From Thermodesulfobacteriota bacterium (GTDB lineage Bacteria > Desulfobacterota > Desulfarculia > JACQYL01): 64,000 bases of DNA. Every line of letters starts with the position of its first letter. The stretch's first letter is position 1. The translations under genes and the position numbers were made by a program. Where the stretch lies: NCBI GenBank assembly GCA_963675595.2, contig CAXXLZ010000001.1, forward strand, positions 800,001 through 864,000, in the 5' to 3' direction. The notes below the pieces were generated by a model. It worked only from the letters and a program-made list of their open reading frames with translations, ran no database searches and was not told where the DNA came from. Below, piece by piece: positions 29,242 through 39,109 of the stretch.

Positions 29242-31221
29242 CTATTGATTTCTCAGCCACGTCTGAAACATTAAAATGCCCCACAATCGATAGCCCCAGT
29301 TTCTCTGCCCCGTAGCGTGTTCGGACCAGAGATTACGAACCTCATCTACCCTGAGATAGCCCTCACGTCTTAAATTCGATTCATCCAGCAAATCTTCAAC
29401 CCAATCACGCAATGGGCCCCGAAGCCATGAATGGATTGGAATTCCGAACCCTTGTTTGGGGCGATCTACCATATGGCGAGGAAGGTGACGAAGAAGTATG
29501 TTTCTCAGGATGATCTTGCCTTGACCATTGAAAATCTTTGCCTCCAGCGGCAGCTGCCAAGCCAGTCGGATGATACGTGGGTCTAGAAGAGGAATTCTGC
29601 CCTCCAGGCTGTTCGCCATGCTGGCTCGGTCCACTTTGACCAAGATGTCGTCAGGTAGGTAGCTGATCTGGTCCAGCAGCATCATTACGTTGAAGTCATT
29701 GCTCGTAGGGAGGTCCATGACGGTTGAAAGCGCTGGATTCCCCTTGGATTGAACCGCCCGCACCGCCCCGCGATTGGTCGGCCAATAAGATACGGCACGA
29801 TCATAGAATGACATCAGATCACGAGAAGCCGCAAGGTCCAATCCTTTAAGGCATCGATCTCCCGATATCCAGTTCCGAAATTGAGGAGGGAACAAGAAAC
29901 TCATATGGCGCAATGCGCTATCCAAGAGCCGTGGACGGATTATGGTGCTGAGATCCGCGAACTTTCCCCGAATTGAATAGGGTATCTTCTCGATCAGGGA
30001 CCAGTAACGGTTGGTCAGGACGTACCGATTATAGCCGCAGAAAAGCTCATCTCCTCCGTCTCCGCTTAGTACGACGGTGACGACGCCCCGCGCGAGTTTC
30101 GAAACCAAGTATGTGGGTATCTGAGATGAGTCCGCAAAGGGCTCATCATAAGTCTCTGGAAGGAGAGGGATTATTTCTAGGGCCTCTTTGGAGGTAACAT
30201 AAAGTTCGTTATGCTCCGTGCCCAAATGGGCGGCGATCGCTTTTGCGTTTTCGGCTTCGTTGAAAGCCCGGTCATAGAAGCCGATGGTGAAGGTCTTTAT
30301 CGGCCTTGAAGATTGGTTCTGCATGAGAGCGGCAACAGTACTTGAGTCTATCCCGCCCGAGAGAAACACTCCCACCGGGACGTCGGCGACCATCCGAAGG
30401 CGCACCGAATCAGTCAGGAGTTTCTCCACTTCTTCCTGTGCTTCACGAAGGTCCCCCTGGAAAGGCTGCTCCATTCCACGCCGCATAACCTCCTTCGTAT
30501 TCCAATAAGGAACAGGGGTGGGGTTTCCGGAAGGGCCCGTCGGAAGCTCAAGCATTTCTTGCATGGAGAGCGAAAAGCAGGACCCCGGGTTGAGCTTGTA
30601 TACCCGTTGAAAAATCGAAAGAGGGGCTGGCACATAATTGTAACGAAGGAACAGATTGAGGGAATCCTGATCAATCCTTCCTTCCCAGGAAGGGTGCTTG
30701 CGGAGTGCCTTTAGCTCAGAGGCAAATAGAAAGGTTCCTCTTGACCATCCATAATAAAGAGGTTTCTCCCCTATAGGATCACGCGCGAGGGACAGCACTC
30801 GCTGTTGGCGGTCCCATAGCGCAAAGGCAAACATTCCGTTCACTTCACTGAGTGTCTCCAATAACCCGCAATGGGCTATGGATTCGAGAAGAACTTCCGT
30901 ATCGGAATGCCCTCTCCAAGGGAACGATCCCACCATTTTTTCGAGTTTCTCACGGAGAAACAGGTAGTTGTACACTTCGCCGTTAAAAGAAATTACAAAT
31001 CGGCCACATCGGGAAATCATGGGTTGGTGTCCGGCGGGAGATAGATCAACTATGGACAGTCTCCGGTGGCCGAATGCGATTCCCGCATCTGAGTCCAACC
31101 AGACGTCGGAATCATCCGGTCCTCGATGTATCAGCTGATCCGTCATCGTTGATATAATGGTCCGACGCAATTCAAGGTTCAGCGCAGTTGACTCTGACCA
31201 GAAACCGACTATTCCACACAT
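29242..31221 (-). CDS. asnB: Asparagine synthase (glutamine-hydrolysing), glycan amidotransferase type
   Basis: MCGI N-terminus, HRGPD, HRRLSIVD, LSGGIDSS, SGDGGDELF, KVDRASM. Confidence 0.92.
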   Translation of the reverse strand: MCGIVGFWSESTALNLELRRTIISTMTDQLIHRGPDDSDVWLDSDAGIAFGHRRLSIVDLSPAGHQPMISRCGRFVISFNGEVYNYLFLREKLEKMVGSFPWRGHSDTEVLLESIAHCGLLETLSEVNGMFAFALWDRQQRVLSLARDPIGEKPLYYGWSRGTFLFASELKALRKHPSWEGRIDQDSLNLFLRYNYVPAPLSIFQRVYKLNPGSCFSLSMQEMLELPTGPSGNPTPVPYWNTKEVMRRGMEQPFQGDLREAQEEVEKLLTDSVRLRMVADVPVGVFLSGGIDSSTVAALMQNQSSRPIKTFTIGFYDRAFNEAENAKAIAAHLGTEHNELYVTSKEALEIIPLLPETYDEPFADSSQIPTYLVSKLARGVVTVVLSGDGGDELFCGYNRYVLTNRYWSLIEKIPYSIRGKFADLSTIIRPRLLDSALRHMSFLFPPQFRNWISGDRCLKGLDLAASRDLMSFYDRAVSYWPTNRGAVRAVQSKGNPALSTVMDLPTSNDFNVMMLLDQISYLPDDILVKVDRASMANSLEGRIPLLDPRIIRLAWQLPLEAKIFNGQGKIILRNILLRHLPRHMVDRPKQGFGIPIHSWLRGPLRDWVEDLLDESNLRREGYLRVDEVRNLWSEHATGQRNWGYRLWGILMFQTWLRNQ

Positions 31222-32031
31222 AACCCAGTAACATTCGTTAGTTGAAAAGTTATAAATCTTTTTATGAGTACTATGAGCTCACCATAAGTATTAAACGAAA
31301 TGCTTGATTCGATTCCCAAGTGTACTCTTCATAATGAAATAGATAAGTGTTAGGTGACAAAAATTGGCTGCAGAGATTATATAAAAAGTTGCTTAGATTG
31401 AGGCGTCTTCTTATTATAAGACAAGCATTGTTCAGTAAATAGGTACGGAGCATTAACTGATATCGGATCGTAAAGCACAGGGTGTTATAATTGGTTTTCG
31501 GGAAGTTGCTGAGAATACATTAACATGTGGGCTAAAGCATCATAATACTATCCCAGTCGCTCATCTCATTGGAGGGACCGACGTGTGGGTTGACATGTAA
31601 TCCAATGCGAAACCGGCGTACATACACCATAGTGCCACACAGAATCAGGCCACGGTCTCTCAAAAATTCGCCCGTCGGTTGCATACATACTCCCCTGGTG
31701 CCGGAGTCTCTGCTGGACAAAACCCTCGCGCTTGCGCGCAACGATCAGGAGGACCATCTCTCCGTTGGAGACAAAAAGGCAGCTTCCAACTTCCGGCCTA
31801 ACGCAGTTGCTTCTATCACAAGCTTGCCGGATAGGGAACAGATATCTGAATGTGTAGCGTGCATTCCCCGGCTTTTCGAGACGAAACCGCAAATAGTTGT
31901 AACTCCTCTGGAAGGCATCCTGAATCAGGATTCGACTTCCCTCAAGGCATGCGCCCGTGGAATGCCCCCCGATAATTGGTCCATGTATAATGAGAGTCTG
32001 AATGCCCAAAGAACGGAAGGAGACTTTTTGC

Positions 32032-32313
32032 ATGGCCAAGAGAAAGAGACACAGCGCGGAGCAAATCATCCGGAAACTTGAAGACGCGGACCGTCGTCTG
32101 ACGGCAGGGCAGACGATAGCGCAGGTTTGCCAATCGCTGGAGGTGAGCGAGGCGACGTACCACCGGTGGCGAAACCAGTATGGGGGGATGAAGGCTGAGG
32201 AGGCCAAACGGCTAAAAGAACTGGAAAAGGAAAATGCACGCTTAAAAAAGCTGGTCGCCGATCTGATGTTGGACAAGGCAATGCTGAAGGATCTTGCGGA
32301 GGGAAACTTCTAA
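32032..32313 (+). CDS. IS3 OrfA (copy 1)
   Basis: MAKRKRHSAEQIIRKL, HTH and leucine zipper LEKENARLKK. Confidence 0.9.
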   Translation: MAKRKRHSAEQIIRKLEDADRRLTAGQTIAQVCQSLEVSEATYHRWRNQYGGMKAEEAKRLKELEKENARLKKLVADLMLDKAMLKDLAEGNF

Positions 32314-32380
32314 GCCCGGCGCGTCGTAGGAAAGCGGTTGATTATGTTCGAAGTGAACATGCCGCTTCAGAGCGTCGGGC
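32301..32380 (+). promoter_or_regulatory. Programmed -1 frameshift signal of IS3 (G GGA AAC plus downstream stem-loop)
   Basis: GGGAAAC at 32301-32307, then GCCCGGCGC...GCGTCGGGC stem; same signal at 46508 and in copy 3. Confidence 0.8.
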
Positions 32381-32658
32381 CTGCCGCGTAGCCGGTCAAC
32401 ACCGATCCACCCAACGTTATGAGCCGAAGGAACGGGACGATGAGGTGGAACTGATCAAGGCTCTTCACCGGTTGGTTGGAGAACATCCCCGTTTTGGATG
32501 CCGTAGGATCACTCGGCTGCTGCGTGATGCGGGGTGGTTTCGCTAACCTAAAACTGACCCACCTGTGGAGGGAACGCTAACGGAAAATTGACCCACCTGT
32601 GATCAGGTCCTGATAAGTGGGATGAAGGAAGCAAAGACCGCTTGTCGGGGGTGAGGAG

Positions 32659-34164
32659 ATGCTGACGGTGGATCAATACGGCTACGTTAGGACGGCACAT
32701 CGGGTGTACGGCAAGGGGATCAGGGAGATCGCCCGAGAGACGGGGCACTCCAGGAACACGATCAAGAGAGCATTGCGGGAGGAGTACGGCGGTTACGGCG
32801 AGAGGCGACATCAGCCCTATCCTTCTTTGGGGCGGTTTCTCAAAACGATCGACGGTTGGCTGACGGAAGACCGGGAGCGGCCTCGGAAGCAGCGACATAC
32901 GGCGGCGCGGATTTACCATCGATTGAGGAAGGAGCATGGATTCGAGGGCGGGGAGAGCACGGTGAGACGTTACGTGCGTGAAGCGCGAAGGCGGTTGGGC
33001 GTGGGTGAACCCCGGGTCTTTATTCCCCTTGAGCCCGATCTCGGTATGGAGGCCGAGGTGGATTGGGGCGGCTGCCACGCCGTTGTGGCCGGAGAGTGCG
33101 TGAAGCTCAAGCTGTTTTGCATGCGTTCCAAGGGCAGCGGCAAACCGTTTGTACGCTGTTTTCCATGCGAACGGCAACAGGCGCTGTTTGAAGGACACAT
33201 GGAAGCCTTCGCCTTCTACGGAGGAGTCTTCCGGCGGTTGATCTACGACAACCTGACCACCGCGGTGCAGAAGGTGTTCAAAGGCAAGAAACGCAAGCTT
33301 CAGGAAAGTTTCGAGCGATTTCGGGCGTACTACGGCTTTGTGCCCCGATTCTGCAATCGCGGCCAGGCGCATGAGAAGGGTGGAGTGGAAGGGCTCGTAG
33401 GCTATGCTCGACGGAATTTTCTGGTGCCCGTGCCGGAAGTGGGGAGCCTGGAGGAACTCAACGCGCAGCTCTTGGCGGAATGCGCCTCCTACGGAGACCA
33501 CCGCATCACGGGTCGGGAAAAGACCGTCGAGGAGCTTTTCCAGGAGGAGAAAGGGCTTCTGATACCGCTTCCGGAGATTCCCTTCGCCAACGTGGAAGTC
33601 GTTTCCGGCAAGGTGGACAAGTACTCCACGGTCATCGTCGAGAAGAACCGTTATTCGGCGCCGCCTCGCTTCGTGGGTCTCATGACTCGCGTGATGTTGT
33701 ACGTGGACCGGGTGGAGGTTTTCTACGGAGGCCGAAGGATCGCCGTGCATCCTCGGCATTACGGCAACAACAAATGGCGGCTCGATCCCATGCACTACCT
33801 GGAGTTGCTGCATCGTCGTCCCCAAGCCTTCGCCGACGCCCGGCCGATCCGCCAATGGAGAGCCGTCTGGCCGCCCTCCCTGGAAAGACTCCTGGAACGA
33901 TTTTGTGAAGCTCAGGGCGAAAATCGCGGGATCAAAGACTTCATCGGGGTGTTGAGGCTCTTCCGGGAACATGAGGAAAGGGACGTGTTTGATGCCGTGG
34001 AAGCGGCCGTGGGAGCCGGAGTGAGTTCACGGGAGGCGGTGGAACACCTTCTGATCATGTCCGAAGGCAAAGATCACGCCTCCCGGCCCGCCTCCCTTGA
34101 CGCGTGGCCGACGTTTTCACCGCCGGATGTTTCCGTGTACTCGCGGATCGGAGCGCTGTCATGA
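32659..34164 (+). CDS. istA: IS21 transposase IstA
   Basis: HTH GIREIARETGHSRNT, EVDWG, YDNL, EKGGVE. Confidence 0.92.
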   Translation: MLTVDQYGYVRTAHRVYGKGIREIARETGHSRNTIKRALREEYGGYGERRHQPYPSLGRFLKTIDGWLTEDRERPRKQRHTAARIYHRLRKEHGFEGGESTVRRYVREARRRLGVGEPRVFIPLEPDLGMEAEVDWGGCHAVVAGECVKLKLFCMRSKGSGKPFVRCFPCERQQALFEGHMEAFAFYGGVFRRLIYDNLTTAVQKVFKGKKRKLQESFERFRAYYGFVPRFCNRGQAHEKGGVEGLVGYARRNFLVPVPEVGSLEELNAQLLAECASYGDHRITGREKTVEELFQEEKGLLIPLPEIPFANVEVVSGKVDKYSTVIVEKNRYSAPPRFVGLMTRVMLYVDRVEVFYGGRRIAVHPRHYGNNKWRLDPMHYLELLHRRPQAFADARPIRQWRAVWPPSLERLLERFCEAQGENRGIKDFIGVLRLFREHEERDVFDAVEAAVGAGVSSREAVEHLLIMSEGKDHASRPASLDAWPTFSPPDVSVYSRIGALS

Positions 34165-34937
34165 AACCGGCCGTTCAAGCCCAGTTAACGGCCAATCTGA
34201 AAATCCTGAAGCTCTCCGCCGTCCTGAGCCATCTGGAAACGCAGTTGCGCCAAGCGCGGGAAAACAAGGAGGATTATGCGGAGTTCCTCCTTGGACTGAG
34301 TGAACTGGAAGTGGCGGCTCGAATGGAGAACGGCTGCAAACGCCGGATCCACGACGCCCGTTTCCCGCTGCTCAAGCCCATGGAGAGCTTCCGGTTCGAG
34401 GCGGCACCGGAACTCGATGTGAGGAAAATCCGGGAACTTCTTGAAGGGCAATACATCCGGGAGGCCCGCAACGTCATCTTTCTGGGCCGGAGCGGCACGG
34501 GAAAGACCCACCTGGCCACGGCCCTCGGAATGGCCGCCTGCCGACAAGGAGTACGAACCCGATTCCTGACCGGCTGTTCCTTGGCCAATGAACTGATTGA
34601 AGCCCGGGACGAAAAGGTCCTGGGCCGGGTCATGAAACGATATGCTTCCTACGGTCTGTTGATCGTAGATGAACTGGGGTATGTGCCCCTGTCCAGGGAA
34701 GGGGCGGAGCTGCTTTTTCAAGTTCTGGCCGAGCGGCATGAAAAGAAGCCCGTAATCATCACGACGAACCTCGGGTTCGGCGACTGGACACAGATCTTCG
34801 GAGACCCAACCCTGACTGCGGCGCTACTGGACCGGGTGACGCACAAGGCCCACGTCATTTCCTGTTCCTGGGAGAGCTATCGTTTGAAGGACACGCTCAA
34901 GAAAAAGCAGCCGCCTCAAGACCGGGTTCTCGGCTGA
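34161..34937 (+). CDS. istB: IS21 helper ATPase IstB
   Basis: GRSGTGKT, IVDELGY, LLDRVTH; ATGA overlap with istA. Confidence 0.93.
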   Translation: MKPAVQAQLTANLKILKLSAVLSHLETQLRQARENKEDYAEFLLGLSELEVAARMENGCKRRIHDARFPLLKPMESFRFEAAPELDVRKIRELLEGQYIREARNVIFLGRSGTGKTHLATALGMAACRQGVRTRFLTGCSLANELIEARDEKVLGRVMKRYASYGLLIVDELGYVPLSREGAELLFQVLAERHEKKPVIITTNLGFGDWTQIFGDPTLTAALLDRVTHKAHVISCSWESYRLKDTLKKKQPPQDRVLG

Positions 34938-35081
34938 CAACTCCGGTCGCCTACGGCTTCCTACGTTGTCAGCCGATCCAAGCCCCGACCAGGGAGGACG
35001 GCTGAGGAAACCCATAACCAAACCCAAGGGTGGGTCAATTTTCCGTGATCAAGGTGGGTCAATTTTGGGTTGTCATTACGA

Positions 35082-35764
35082 CGGGGTGGGCGGTAAACTA
35101 CAAGCGAATTCATAGACTTTGGAAAGAGGAGGGATTCAAGGTACCTCGAAAAGCCAAGAAGAAACGCTTCCTGGGAGTTGATGCCAATGCGTGCAACAAG
35201 CGTAAGGCGGCTTTTGCAAATGATGTCTGGACGTTGGATTTCATTCATGACCGCTTGGTCGACGGCCGTCAGTTCAAGTGCTTGGCCATTGTCGACGAGT
35301 TTACTCGGGAAAACCTGGCCCTGAGGATCAACCGCTCCATTACGGGTGAAGACGTTTTGAACGAGCTGAGCCGATTGATGGGCGAGCGGGGAGTTCCAAC
35401 GGGCATTCGATCGGATAACGGTCCCGAATTTATAGCCCAAAAGGTGAGAAATTGGCTGAAAGACCTGGGAGTGGGAACCTTTTTCGTCGAGCCGGGAGCC
35501 CCTTGGCAGAACGGGTACGTGGAAAGTTTCAACAGCCGTTTTCGGGATGAATTCTTGAACATGGAAATTTTCAACAACATCAAGGAAGCGCAGACTCTGG
35601 CCGCCAAATGGCGGAAAGTCTATAACGAGGAAAGACCGCACAGTGCATTGAATTACATGACCCCGGCCCAGTTCGCGGCGAGCCCTTGGGGCCTCGACTC
35701 CGCCTCGCTCAGCTCGGCTTCGCCGAGGCCCCAAGGGCCGGGGATGGAAAACCGCGAGTCATGA
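35082..35764 (+). pseudogene. 3' part of IS3 orfB (DDE domain), separated from its 5' part by IS21
   Basis: WTLDF, SDNGPEF, QNGYVESFN; translation matches orfB of copy 2. Confidence 0.88.
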
Positions 35765-35890
35765 TAAAACTCTCATAACTCCTGGACCAAAAACTGGGGG
35801 CTTGACAGAGGCCCCAAGGGCCGGGGATGGAAAACCGCGAGTCATGATAAAACTCTCATAACTCCTGGACCAAAAACTGGGGGCTTGACA
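35725..35890 (+). repeat. Tandem duplication (2 x 83 bp) of the IS3 right end
   Basis: GAGGCCCC...CTTGACA at 35725-35807 and 35808-35890. Confidence 0.95.
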
Positions 35891-36047
35891 CCCGTATTCC
35901 CAGGAAACAAGAAATATGATGATAGGATTAAAAAGGAGTCGGATGCTCACGGTCCTCATATCACCGCAATGATCTAAGAGAAATAACGCAATTCGAAGAT
36001 GATTTGCTTATTTTTATAAATTTCAAGGAAAAAAAGAAATTTTCATT

Positions 36048-36884
36048 CTATGTCAAATGTTTGCACTTCAAAAAAACAAATTCGTTGTTTCTTGAACCGA
36101 TTGCTATTATGGACTTCTGTAAGACAAACCCTCTATCTGAAAAGAATGAAATCACTTTTGATGGAGTCGCTACCTCAAATGGATATCCTCCAAGCCAGTC
36201 ATTCCAATCATGAAATAATGACATTCCTCTATTTGATCTATAATGTTTGAATACATAGAAGGCATCTTTGTTTTGAATAACACCTTTAATCATACTGTAA
36301 GATAGAAAAATAGGATAAAATATAGCTTTGGTGATAGCAGATGTGAAAACATTTATTGAGTAGAATGCTTTTATATAAGACCAGATTCTTGACCTGAGTC
36401 CTCGGTCATTATAAATTCCAATAAATAATATCCCATTATCTGCTACCAGTCTGGATGTGTTATTCATGGCTTTTAAAAGGTTTCCGGTATGGTGAAGGAC
36501 ACCCCATGCATATACAATATCGTAGTTGCCCAGACTATTTAGATAGGAATCGCTAAGAACGTCTCCCTGTTCTATATGCCACAAGGGATCTTCCTGGGGA
36601 ATAAAACGTCTTCTCAGCTCTTTCGTAGCCTCAACGGAATCTTTGTCAAAGTCGAAAGAAAAGACTTCTGCGCCAAGCCTTCTAGCTGCCAGACTGAACA
36701 GACCTGATCCGCACCCGACATCTATGAATTGCTTTCCGGCAAGGGTGGTCAAGTCCAGCATGACCATCAGTGATTTTTCCGCTTCCAGTATTCGGTTCTC
36801 GTCAAGGGTACGGATAAAGCTAAGCCAGTTTCGGCCGAAAGAAAAACGTTTGTCAAGCGAGACAGGGGGATTGTTGCATTTCAT
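36048..36884 (-). CDS. Class I SAM-dependent methyltransferase (glycan locus)
   Basis: FIDVGCGSG, YAWGVLHHTG, DWLGGYPFE. Confidence 0.88.
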   Translation of the reverse strand: MKCNNPPVSLDKRFSFGRNWLSFIRTLDENRILEAEKSLMVMLDLTTLAGKQFIDVGCGSGLFSLAARRLGAEVFSFDFDKDSVEATKELRRRFIPQEDPLWHIEQGDVLSDSYLNSLGNYDIVYAWGVLHHTGNLLKAMNNTSRLVADNGILFIGIYNDRGLRSRIWSYIKAFYSINVFTSAITKAIFYPIFLSYSMIKGVIQNKDAFYVFKHYRSNRGMSLFHDWNDWLGGYPFEVATPSKVISFFSDRGFVLQKSIIAIGSRNNEFVFLKCKHLT

Positions 36885-36886
36885 GT

Positions 36887-37711
36887 TCAGTTTCCTTTAT
36901 AATCTTTTTTTCCGAACAGTCTCACGGTAAGCAAGGATTTTGCGGGTTGATTGTGCGTCAATGAAGTCCTCGCTTGATAAGGGAGGCGACATAGCACATT
37001 CTCTATGAAAACCATGATGGAAGTCGGAAGAAACGAATATCTGCCTTTCGCTCCGATATACAACTTGGTATGGGAGAAACCAACTTCTGAAAATAACTTG
37101 GTCAATTCTCCTATGGTGTATTCCTTCAGGTGAAATCCGGTCGCCACGTGATCAAAGTATTTGGATACATCTGAAGGACCGCATAAACGATTCGGTGTAA
37201 CGCACAGGTAGATAGCACCAGGCCTTAGCGCCGTCAAAATTCCTTGTAGTTGCTCAACCGCATCATCGGGGTGTAGATGTTCCATTACGTGGTTACTGAA
37301 GGCGAAGTCTATGCTATTCTGATCGACAGGGATAGTAAGGCCGTTTGTAATACGAAACTCGAAATTTGTGGGAGCTTCAGAATTCCTTGAGCGTACATCG
37401 GCGATATCGATCGCGTAGACTTTTCTCGCATATTTAGCCGCTTCCAGTGACAAGGCGCAATCTCCGGCTCCGATTTCCATGAATGTCTTACTTGTAGTAA
37501 GGAATGGGCGAATCAGGCGGAATTGGGCGGTCACAGCGTGTCTTGTCCTCAAAGAGGATGACTTGCGGGTAAGATGTGGATGGAATGGAACACGCCGGAA
37601 GAGTTCCTGGTATATGGAAGAGTATAGAGTGACTCTCTCAGCTCTAGAAGAATGTCGTAACCTTGAGGCGAGTTCCTTCTCTATAACATAATGGTATTTG
37701 AGCAAATCCAT
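36887..37711 (-). CDS. Class I SAM-dependent methyltransferase (glycan locus)
   Basis: MEIGAGD, FSNHVMEHL, LRPGA, HLKEYT; start uncertain (up to 37777). Confidence 0.85.
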   Translation of the reverse strand: MDLLKYHYVIEKELASRLRHSSRAERVTLYSSIYQELFRRVPFHPHLTRKSSSLRTRHAVTAQFRLIRPFLTTSKTFMEIGAGDCALSLEAAKYARKVYAIDIADVRSRNSEAPTNFEFRITNGLTIPVDQNSIDFAFSNHVMEHLHPDDAVEQLQGILTALRPGAIYLCVTPNRLCGPSDVSKYFDHVATGFHLKEYTIGELTKLFSEVGFSHTKLYIGAKGRYSFLPTSIMVFIENVLCRLPYQARTSLTHNQPAKSLLTVRLFGKKDYKGN

Positions 37712-37871
37712 GCTTCTGGTTTCTCGTCCGGCGTTGCACAAAGATCGACCTCCTTTGTCTTGGGAGAAGGCAAACACGGAAAGACCATCTACGTGAGATA
37801 TTGATATGGCAATGACAATAGATATTCTTATAATTTAAATTTAACAAAAAATACGCGGTTCGGATAAATTA

Positions 37872-38993
37872 TTATTCTCGTCTGAGCAACTGGAGAAAAA
37901 GGTTTTCCCAACGGCCAAGAGCGGTGGTGAACTGATAGTTCTGCTGTATGTGGCGACGACCTGCCTCGCCCACCCGCCGGCGAACCATTTGCGGCAGTAT
38001 CATGATACGATTCATTGCGGCCGAGAGAGCCTCTGAATCTCTTGGAGGAACAAGATATCCGGATGTCCCTTCCGGTACGATATAGCGGTTATCTCCGACA
38101 TCCGTAGCGACAATGGGCAGCCCGCTTGAAGCCGCCTCCAAGAGAACGTTGGGGGTCCCCTCCCAGGCCGAGCTCATGACATATGCGTCGGCTGCGTTAT
38201 AGATCGCGGGCATGTCTCGCCTGATGCCGGGAAAAAGCACGGTATTGGTCAACCCTAGTTGACGTGCGGATATACGAACTGGCTCAGCCAGGGAACCATT
38301 TCCCACAAGCATGAGTCGGGCTTCAGGGTGATTATGGGCCACGGCTTGAAAGGCATGCAGGAGTGTGGGAAGGTCCTTCTCACGCTCGAAGCGTCCGGCG
38401 GCAAGCCAAACGAAGTGGGAGCGCAAATGCATTTCGGCGCGGATGGTTGTGCGTCGCTGGTGGTTTGGTGCGTAGGTTTTGGAATCGACACCGTTAGGCA
38501 TATACAGGATTTTGTGACGGGGAACGGCGCCTGTTCTTACATACTTTTCTATACCGGACATGCTCACATGGGTCGTGACATCGGACAGGGGATCCGTTAA
38601 ACGATACGCGAAATCAAACCATCTGGGCCCTTCTATTTCATTCCTGGCTGACGAAACCATGATAGGTACACGTGTTAAACTTGCAGCAGCTCTTCCAAGG
38701 AGATTGGCGTGGAATAAGAAGGAACAGACTATGGAAGGCTGAAATCTCCTTATGAATCTTACAGCTCGCAGGAGACCACGTGGGTCGGGGAGTTTTCGTC
38801 TCATCCCAAGCGAGACACATGGTATTCCCTTCTCTCCGAGTTCATTTGTGTAGGCTCGAGGCTCCATCATAGAAAGGACGGATACTTCCCAGCCCTTGGA
38901 TTTCAAATGAAATACGATGGACGCCAGTTGTTTTTCAGCACCTCCAACCGCAAGGAAAGTTGTAATGAAAGTGACCCTTCTGCGGTGATGCAT
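37872..38993 (-). CDS. Glycosyltransferase family 4
   Basis: GGAEKQL, PNGVD, GRFEREK, EGTPNVLLEA. Confidence 0.9.
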   Translation of the reverse strand: MHHRRRVTFITTFLAVGGAEKQLASIVFHLKSKGWEVSVLSMMEPRAYTNELGEKGIPCVSLGMRRKLPDPRGLLRAVRFIRRFQPSIVCSFLFHANLLGRAAASLTRVPIMVSSARNEIEGPRWFDFAYRLTDPLSDVTTHVSMSGIEKYVRTGAVPRHKILYMPNGVDSKTYAPNHQRRTTIRAEMHLRSHFVWLAAGRFEREKDLPTLLHAFQAVAHNHPEARLMLVGNGSLAEPVRISARQLGLTNTVLFPGIRRDMPAIYNAADAYVMSSAWEGTPNVLLEAASSGLPIVATDVGDNRYIVPEGTSGYLVPPRDSEALSAAMNRIMILPQMVRRRVGEAGRRHIQQNYQFTTALGRWENLFLQLLRRE

Positions 38994-39109
38994 GAAGAAT
39001 CTCCAGTTTTGGGTGTGGCTAATCCGGCCTTCCTGGCTTCGTCCAATGCAGAAACCGTTGTCTGTTAGACACGGTGGGAGTTCAGTCCCATCGTGTTTCA
39101 ACAATGGGA

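Larger units (their letters stand above)
32535..35081 (+). mobile_element. Second IS21-family element, inserted in IS3 orfB
   Basis: 5-bp target duplication CGGGG defined by comparison with intact IS3 copy 2; paired AAAA(C/T)TGACCCACC repeats at both ends. Confidence 0.92.
31958..35890 (+). mobile_element. IS3-family (IS407-like) element copy 1, interrupted by IS21 and carrying a duplicated right end
   Basis: IRL TGGAATGCCCCCCGATAATTGGTCCA; IRR TGGACCAAAAACTGGGGGCTTGACA ending at 35807 and again at 35890; target duplication CCCG outside 31958 and 35890. Confidence 0.92.

Noticed and set aside
31222-31957. ORFs of 60-236 aa in the spacer upstream of asnB
   Set aside because: No recognisable motifs, and the longer ones run into IS3; a decayed gene cannot be excluded or supported
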